From: an uncultured Pseudomonadales bacterium
GTDB taxonomy: Bacteria > Patescibacteriota > Microgenomatia > UBA1400 > PJMF01
Assembly (NCBI GenBank): GCA_964457085.1
Contig: CAYWDM010000006.1
Span: 4,302-68,301 of the forward strand
Direction: 5' to 3'
Length of the DNA: 64,000 nt
The position numbers and the translations under genes were made by a program. Each line of letters opens with the position of its first letter. Positions within the stretch are counted from its first letter, which is position 1. Positions 58,646 through 64,000 of the stretch are shown here, one piece after another. Under the pieces are notes generated by a model that searched no databases, was not told the DNA's origin, and saw nothing but the letters and a program-made list of their open reading frames with translations.

Positions 58646-58666
58646 ACATGTTAACGCGTTAACATG
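58645..58666. promoter_or_regulatory. perfect 22-bp palindrome ACATGTTAACGCGTTAACATGT abutting the -35 (candidate operator)
   Basis: Perfect inverted repeat between the yerC-like gene stop and the his promoter. Confidence 0.5.
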
Positions 58667-58701
58667 TATTTATAGAGGAATATTGATGAATTAATGTAAT
58701 A

Positions 58702-59004
58702 TTATGTGCGCTTCGAATCACCGTACAGTCTCTGCAAAATAATCGAATAGCCATGCCATGATTCTTTATACAGCCACTGAGCCACCCGAGTTACAGTGGT
58801 GGTGCTTGTACCGACTTTCTCTGCAATCTCTAAGTAAGAAAGTTTAGTTGACCACAATAGTTTAGCGATGTGAAAGCGACGAGAAAACTCTTCAATTTCT
58901 GCTGGAGTCAACAAATCACGAAGAAAGCCAGTGACTTCTTTCGGGCCACACAGTGTGGAGATGGCGGCGATGAGTTCTTTGTCAGATTTAGTGGGATAAG
59001 ACAT
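58702..59004 (-). CDS. yerC: YerC/YecD (TrpR-related) family DNA-binding protein
   Basis: 100 aa with LSYLEIAEKVGTSTTTVTRV HTH and overall TrpR_YerC pattern. Confidence 0.6.
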   Translation of the reverse strand: MSYPTKSDKELIAAISTLCGPKEVTGFLRDLLTPAEIEEFSRRFHIAKLLWSTKLSYLEIAEKVGTSTTTVTRVAQWLYKESWHGYSIILQRLYGDSKRT

Positions 59005-59020
59005 AGGTGTAGTTTAGCAC

Positions 59021-59506
59021 TCAGATAAAATCTGAATTAATTTTTTTTATGAAAGTAAAAAATGTTTTTAAAATTGCTATTTCTGGATCACTGGGATTTT
59101 TATTCGCTGTGACTATGGTGCTCACCTCAGTTTCACTAATCCAACGATAGGAATCAATTTCACTTTCCTGAATTTTAATATCATCTAATGGTGTGGTCGG
59201 AGTAGCTAAGTAAATATTCTCGATCACCGTTTTGCCATTATAAACATATGTAAAAGAGTCAAACAAATTACCAACCAAAATTTCAAGATTAAGTTCTTCT
59301 CTAATCTCTCTGACCAAACCAGCTTGATCAGTTTCACCTGATTCAATGTGTCCACCGGGCAATTCATAGACTCCGGGAAGAAATGAGGACTGCAATGATC
59401 GTTTGGTCATCAAACACTGATGTGTGTTAGCAACTTTTCGGTAGATCAAGGCACAAGCAGTAGGGATCATTTCCATATATATCCAGTTACTTACTAAACG
59501 CCACAT
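59021..59506 (-). CDS. NUDIX hydrolase
   Basis: Nudix box GGHIESGETDQAGLVREIREELNLEI. Confidence 0.8.
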   Translation of the reverse strand: MWRLVSNWIYMEMIPTACALIYRKVANTHQCLMTKRSLQSSFLPGVYELPGGHIESGETDQAGLVREIREELNLEILVGNLFDSFTYVYNGKTVIENIYLATPTTPLDDIKIQESEIDSYRWISETEVSTIVTANKNPSDPEIAILKTFFTFIKKINSDFI

Positions 59507-60299
59507 CCAGAATCATCATCACCACGAATCCTAACATGGCACCAATTGTAGAGAAATCACTCTCACCTTCTGTTTGTGATTCTGGAATGATTTGTTCTAT
59601 CGTGACGTAGATCATGGCACCTGCTGCAAATGCCAACGCATAGGGCAAAATCTCTCGCATATTGATGACCAGCAAGGCACCACAAACTGCAGCTATTGGT
59701 TCCACAATAGCGGAAGCTTGACCATACATAAAGCTCTGCCATTTACTTTTGCCTTCTCGACGAAATGGTGTTGAGACAGCAAACCCTTCTGGAAAGTTTT
59801 GGATACCAATGCCGATGGCTAAAGCGATAGCTCCAGCCAAGGTCGCACCTGGTATGCCTGCACCCACAGCTCCAAAAGCCACACCAACTGCCAAACCTTC
59901 TGGAATATTATGTAGCGTAATTGAAGTAAACAGCAAAATAGTCTTATGCCAACTAGTAGGAATTCCTTCTTTTTTTGCCAGAGGCATACCTAAGTGCAAG
60001 TGTGGCACTAGCTTATCTAGCAACCAAAGAAAAGCTCCACCCATAATAAAACCAATTGCCGGCGAAATCCAAGCTTGCTGACCTAACTCATGGCTGAGGC
60101 TGATTGCAGGTTGCAGTAGTGACCAAAAACTAGCGGCCAACATGATCCCTGCAGTAAATCCCAACAAGGCATTAAAAATCTTTTTATTTCCTGAGGGCAA
60201 AATAAAAATGCCGGCTGCACCCAAAGCCGTTAGACCCCAGGTAAAGATAGTGGCCAGCAAGGCCTGAAGAACTGGATTGAGTGTGGAGAAAAAATGCAT
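59487..60299 (-). CDS. ZIP-family metal transporter (second copy)
   Basis: HNIPEGLAVGVAFGAVGAG and eight TM helices. Confidence 0.7.
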   Translation of the reverse strand: MHFFSTLNPVLQALLATIFTWGLTALGAAGIFILPSGNKKIFNALLGFTAGIMLAASFWSLLQPAISLSHELGQQAWISPAIGFIMGGAFLWLLDKLVPHLHLGMPLAKKEGIPTSWHKTILLFTSITLHNIPEGLAVGVAFGAVGAGIPGATLAGAIALAIGIGIQNFPEGFAVSTPFRREGKSKWQSFMYGQASAIVEPIAAVCGALLVINMREILPYALAFAAGAMIYVTIEQIIPESQTEGESDFSTIGAMLGFVVMMILDVAFSK

Positions 60300-60376
60300 T
60301 GTAGCTTTGATTGTAAGCTCAGCAGCCAGGATTGTGATTGGGAAATGAGTACACCAACGAACAGTTTCTAGATGTG

Positions 60377-61234
60377 CTACTCCGCAATCTTTTTCCTCAG
60401 CATTAGGTAGACGCGACCGTGATCGCGTGAAAAAGATGCTATCAGCTCATAGCCATCTTTTTCCCAATTAAAAATGTGATGCTGGGTATTTATGACAAAT
60501 TTTTGTTCGTTTTGATACAGGTCTTGGTACTTTTTTTCTAAAATGGCAAATTCATCTACATCATCGGTACCGTCTTTATTCTGATCACCGCTATCTGCGA
60601 CAGTGAAGTATTTGGTGAACTCCAGTTCACCACCTTTTTGATTCAATAATCCAAATGACTTCTCCTGTTCAGTTAGTAGTGGGTCGGTGGTAAATAGTTC
60701 AGGATAGTCAGCGAAATAACTATTGATCATTTCGTCGTCATAAGTTGGTAGATGCACCTGCACGTATCCTGTATCCATCGAACCGTAGTGAGTTGCAGAG
60801 ACACGATACCTACCGATGGTGCCCTTGACTGTTTCGGGATTGCTGAATTCCTCGATAACTTCTTTTTCGAAGAGATCTTGATAATATTTGAGAAACTCGA
60901 CTTGAGTGGCTTCAGATTCAAAAACCACATTGAAGTAGGCAAAATTAGTGTCGTCGAACATCGACAGATCTTTGGGATTAGTATTGACGAAGATTTTATT
61001 GGAGCTGACTTTCTTAAGTTTATACAATGGGACATCTTTGATTGGATAGCCGTCTAAGAGGAAAGTGTTTTGCTGAGTTTTGGCAGTTGGGTCGGTTTTA
61101 TTGGCTTGACCGGAGGTTTTTTGATCTGTATTTTTTTGGGTAGTCTTGCCCATGCCCAGTCGTGATCCTAGAAAAACTAAGGCGATGAGTATTAAGAAAG
61201 CGATAGCTATTAGTAAGGGTTTTTTATTTTTCAT
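60377..61234 (-). CDS. hypothetical secreted protein or lipoprotein
   Basis: N-terminal signal anchor, Thr/Lys-rich linker, no known domain. Confidence 0.4.
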   Translation of the reverse strand: MKNKKPLLIAIAFLILIALVFLGSRLGMGKTTQKNTDQKTSGQANKTDPTAKTQQNTFLLDGYPIKDVPLYKLKKVSSNKIFVNTNPKDLSMFDDTNFAYFNVVFESEATQVEFLKYYQDLFEKEVIEEFSNPETVKGTIGRYRVSATHYGSMDTGYVQVHLPTYDDEMINSYFADYPELFTTDPLLTEQEKSFGLLNQKGGELEFTKYFTVADSGDQNKDGTDDVDEFAILEKKYQDLYQNEQKFVINTQHHIFNWEKDGYELIASFSRDHGRVYLMLRKKIAE

Positions 61235-61343
61235 GGTGGTGATTAGTTAGTTTCTGGATCAGGTAAATCCAAATCAGATCATTATGAAGCTACTCCAGAT
61301 ATAGTAGAAATTATACCCTCAGTCAGTGCAAAATTGCTCACAA

Positions 61344-61562
61344 CTACTCATACCTCAATGCATCAAGTGCACTAATCTTAGTGGCGCGACTTGCGGGATA
61401 AATACCAGTCAAAACACCAACCAATAATGATAATACAAAAATAAAGGTCACAAAGCTCATTGGCAAATATGCCACATCAATAAATCCAAATCCATGGTGA
61501 CACATTTTTTCGGAGTTATCTAGAGGAAATTCTCCATTTTTACAGATCGATTTGAAAACCAA
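61344..61562 (-). pseudogene. remnant of an FtsX/MacB-family ABC permease (C-terminal fragment only)
   Basis: Encodes only ...FVLSLLVGVLTGIYPASRATKISALDALRYE, the characteristic C-terminal TM4 and tail of FtsX-like permeases. No upstream coding continuation. Confidence 0.55.
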
Positions 61563-61599
61563 ACTTAATATCTCATGTAACCATTTCAGTATATTTTTT

Positions 61600-61870
61600 G
61601 CTTTTCATATGTGGAAGTGGTGGCCACTTTGCGGCATTAGGCGTGAGCTTCGCTCTCGCCGGCGGGGTCAAATAACTCCCAACCCCAATCAACTCATAAA
61701 AAAATCCCGCCTACAGCGGGTTTTCTTGTACTTGCGGAAGTGGTGGGGTTCACCTTTCCACGCTCATACACAATAAATTAAATTTTCGTATTCGCTTGGC
61801 GAGGTACCTTGCTTTCTCACCCACTCTCATAAGTACAAAAAAGCCCGCCTACAGCGGGTTTTCTTGTACT
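61600..61870 (-). repeat. two tandem repeat units downstream of tRNA-Ser(GGA), each ending in a copy of the tRNA 3' end plus a terminator hairpin
   Basis: CCCGCCTACAGCGGGTTTTCTTGTACTTGCGGAAGTGGTGGGGTTC at 61706-61751 duplicates 61846-61889. A degenerate third copy GTGGAAGTGGTGGCC lies near 61603-61620. Confidence 0.6.
61838..61870 (-). terminator. intrinsic terminator after tRNA-Ser(GGA)
   Basis: CCCGCUGUAGGCGGG followed by U6 on the minus strand. Confidence 0.7.
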
Positions 61871-61872
61871 TG

Positions 61873-61957
61873 CGGAAGTGGTGGGGTTCGAACCCACGAA
61901 GCCCTTTCGAGCTCACGCTTTCCAGGCGTGTGCAATAGACCACTATGCGACACTTCC
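61873..61957 (-). tRNA. tRNA-Ser (anticodon GGA)
   Basis: Acceptor GGAAGTG/CACTTCC, anticodon stem CACGC/GCGTG with loop CUGGAAA, long variable arm, T-arm GTGGG-TTCGAAC-CCCAC, discriminator G. Confidence 0.85.
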
Positions 61958-62110
61958 AATCCAGATACTAACTCATCCACAAACGTCAGCATTGTATCAA
62001 GACAGCCTGCTGGGCACAATTGATGATTATTTATACTAAATCGGTATCTTGAGAGCTAGGAGCGTCTGTTGTCTGAGACTTACCACTGCTTATATCTGCT
62101 GAATTTGTCA

Positions 62111-63256
62111 CTAATGCCCCGCTGTCTTCGGTGTCTCAGACATCTCCGACCTAGAGACTGATTCAGATTCCAACTCAACTTCTTCTTTCGACAGGTCCTG
62201 ATTTAATTTTGGATTGTGCTTAGCCTGTTGTTTCAAAACCTCTGCATCTGGCATACCATACGCTTCGGCCGCGGCACTAGTTGCAGCCTGAGCTTCTGCA
62301 GAATACGTTGCGAAGGCGGACTCTTCATCTGCCTCAGCCATTGCAAGCATTTGATCCTCACTCACTGCCTCTACTGAACTAACATCAAAAACGGGAGCTG
62401 AACCTGTTCCAGTAGCATCCTGATGTCCATAAGTTGGTACTGCAATCGTTTCAGCAACTGCTGCAGCAGTCTCTCGTTGGCGATTGATCTGAACCGTTTC
62501 CTGCATCAGTCGAGCTATCTCTTCGTTTCGCTGAGTTCTAATAGTGTTGCGAACCGCAAGCACAGCTTGAACCACCAGGACTACTGCCACAATCACCCCT
62601 AGTGCAACTATTGCCAATTTTGGATTAGCTAGTACAGCTGTATAAAATTGAACTGCAAATTTCACCACTTCATTGGGGTATTTAAGAAACAGTTCTTGTT
62701 CAGCGGTGGTTTTGTCGAGTTCATCTGCAGCTGCAAGCACTGTATCACTGTCATATTCTGCCACCATGTTGCGTTCTGATCTGGGTTTCATTTTCTCAAA
62801 GACAACTGGCCGCTTTTGAGCATTAACCACAAACACCCAACCTTTACTCGGAAATCCAAGCACCCGCTCATTCTCGGTATTTTGTAAAATTATTTCTGGC
62901 TTACCTGCTTGCTCCAGTTTTTGAGTGTATTCAGCCAAGTGAGCCTGATCAATATAGACTGCGGTGTGCACCACTTGGCCACTCTCCAAATCAACGAAGT
63001 GTGGATACACAAAGTTGCCTGACAAATAGTAGTAAGTCTGTTTCTGGCCTCGTTTATCAACAGATTCTGCACTAGAAATCAGTGGCGGTGGGAATGGTTG
63101 GTTGAGTTGTAGTCCTTCAATTTGAGCAAATAGACCGTTGTTTTGTGCTAAGACCAATGCTGGCTTGAGAACAATAATCACCAAAAAAAACACCCCGATC
63201 ATCGTCAACACCTGACGCCAGTATTTGAGATAGATGTTACCTAGCACAACGCTCAA
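62111..63256 (-). CDS. hypothetical membrane protein (two TM, Ala/Glu-rich C-terminus)
   Basis: Complete ORF; no recognisable domain. Confidence 0.4.
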   Translation of the reverse strand: MSVVLGNIYLKYWRQVLTMIGVFFLVIIVLKPALVLAQNNGLFAQIEGLQLNQPFPPPLISSAESVDKRGQKQTYYYLSGNFVYPHFVDLESGQVVHTAVYIDQAHLAEYTQKLEQAGKPEIILQNTENERVLGFPSKGWVFVVNAQKRPVVFEKMKPRSERNMVAEYDSDTVLAAADELDKTTAEQELFLKYPNEVVKFAVQFYTAVLANPKLAIVALGVIVAVVLVVQAVLAVRNTIRTQRNEEIARLMQETVQINRQRETAAAVAETIAVPTYGHQDATGTGSAPVFDVSSVEAVSEDQMLAMAEADEESAFATYSAEAQAATSAAAEAYGMPDAEVLKQQAKHNPKLNQDLSKEEVELESESVSRSEMSETPKTAGH

Positions 63257-64000
63257 CGCCTTTAAATAGTGATTCCAAGCTACTCATCCAGCGATATTGA
63301 ATCGGGAAAATTTCCTTCATCCTACAGGGCTCTTCTAGATACATAGCCACCGCTTCCGCAAATGCTTCAGAGCAATCTTTTCTGCCAAGGGCACTAACTG
63401 GTTGCTCTTTACCAAAAACATACAACACTCCAACGGAGCTATTCTGCCTTCTACAACCCACAGCCTCACTATATCCAGGAACCACCGCACCTGAAAATCC
63501 ATGTTGCATTGCCCAGACTTTAGCTGCCTCGTGTCTAGCACTGTGAGCAATGGTATTAATAGATGATCCCGAATTACATAGGAATCGCACGAAACCAGAC
63601 TTAGTAGTGGTATCTAATTGACAAGCATTTGCAAGTGACGCTGCAGAAAGATTAAAAATACTAGCCTGTGTAGAACAATCAATTACCAGGTTATTGATGC
63701 CTGAAATTAGATCTACGGCATCATTTAAGCCAGCCAAATACAACCCTGCTTTTTGGACATTACAGCCAACAACACTTACTTTTTGACCATTAAAGAGTTG
63801 CTGCCAACCGCCATTCACACAAATGAACTTTTGCTGTTCACTATTAGTACAGTAACTCCCAGCAGTATTACATGAACTTGAAGTGGAACAGGTGGGAATT
63901 GAGTCAATAGTACAGGCACCATCTTTGCACACTGTCGATGAACTACAATTCTCAGTTTTCCACGACATGCCGTCACTGCTACAAATCTTGCGATTATTTT
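63237..64000 (-). CDS. Cys-rich secreted hypothetical protein (N-terminus may extend beyond the window)
   Basis: No in-frame stop upstream of the listed Met before the window end. Many Cys residues. Confidence 0.35.
   Translation of the reverse strand, partial: NNRKICSSDGMSWKTENCSSSTVCKDGACTIDSIPTCSTSSSCNTAGSYCTNSEQQKFICVNGGWQQLFNGQKVSVVGCNVQKAGLYLAGLNDAVDLISGINNLVIDCSTQASIFNLSAASLANACQLDTTTKSGFVRFLCNSGSSINTIAHSARHEAAKVWAMQHGFSGAVVPGYSEAVGCRRQNSSVGVLYVFGKEQPVSALGRKDCSEAFAEAVAMYLEEPCRMKEIFPIQYRWMSSLESLFKGVERCAR

Noticed and set aside
61552-62023. Plus-strand ORFs of 74 and 75 aa
   Set aside because: They lie over the tRNA-Ser(GGA) gene and its repeat units. Artefactual.
1-64000. CRISPR arrays, rRNA genes, integrase or transposase genes
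   Set aside because: No short regularly spaced direct repeats, no rRNA-like conserved stretches and no recombinase-like ORFs were seen. The tRNA-Ser-associated repeats are irregular and carry tRNA-derived ends, not a CRISPR architecture.

Overview
This 64-kb window is low-GC (about 40% by eye) and densely packed with genes, mostly on the minus strand, from a small-genome Gram-positive-type bacterium. The lineage cannot be assigned from this window alone.

Housekeeping genes I can support:
- a primary sigma-70 gene (rpoD), cut by the window start
- map, an M29 aminopeptidase, a UvrD-type helicase fused to a RecB-like nuclease, and dus
- secG, rny, recA, prfB (no frameshift), purA and purB
- a complete nine-gene his operon (hisG, D, C, B, H, A, F, I, E) in which HisC is fused to a HAD-family phosphatase

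A large cell-envelope and glycosylation set is also present:
- three GT2 glycosyltransferases, a GT4-DUF4012 fusion and an ArnT/PMT-like GT-C enzyme
- a 1380-aa membrane protein of GT-C-like topology
- LCP, FkbM and O-methyltransferases, a FemAB/CelD-like GNAT and an acyltransferase-3 protein
- an FtsE-FtsX-EnvC division module

RNA features:
- canonical tRNA-Pro(GGG), tRNA-Ser(UGA) and tRNA-Ser(GGA)
- a tRNA-His(GUG)-like gene whose 3' end lies 15 nt upstream of the hisG ATG at 58244

The observations most worth a second look:
1. The his operon leader combines a sigma-70 promoter, a perfect 22-bp palindromic operator, a T-box-like core (UGGGACCGCGG) with two terminator hairpins, and the tRNA-His-like gene, whose D- and T-loops are non-canonical.
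2. Both tRNA-Ser genes, 33 kb apart, are followed by two related repeat units of about 100-150 nt that each end in a copy of the local tRNA 3' end. These look like integration scars, and one is next to a truncated permease gene.
3. A GC-rich compositional island of about 1.2 kb carries a membrane-anchored protein of unknown function behind a leader of about 330 nt with many hairpins.
4. The EnvC-like M23 peptidase appears circularly permuted.
5. Several proteins have unusual architectures, including RNase Y without a membrane anchor, FtsE with a long acidic/lysine tail, and a LamG plus C39-like secreted protein.
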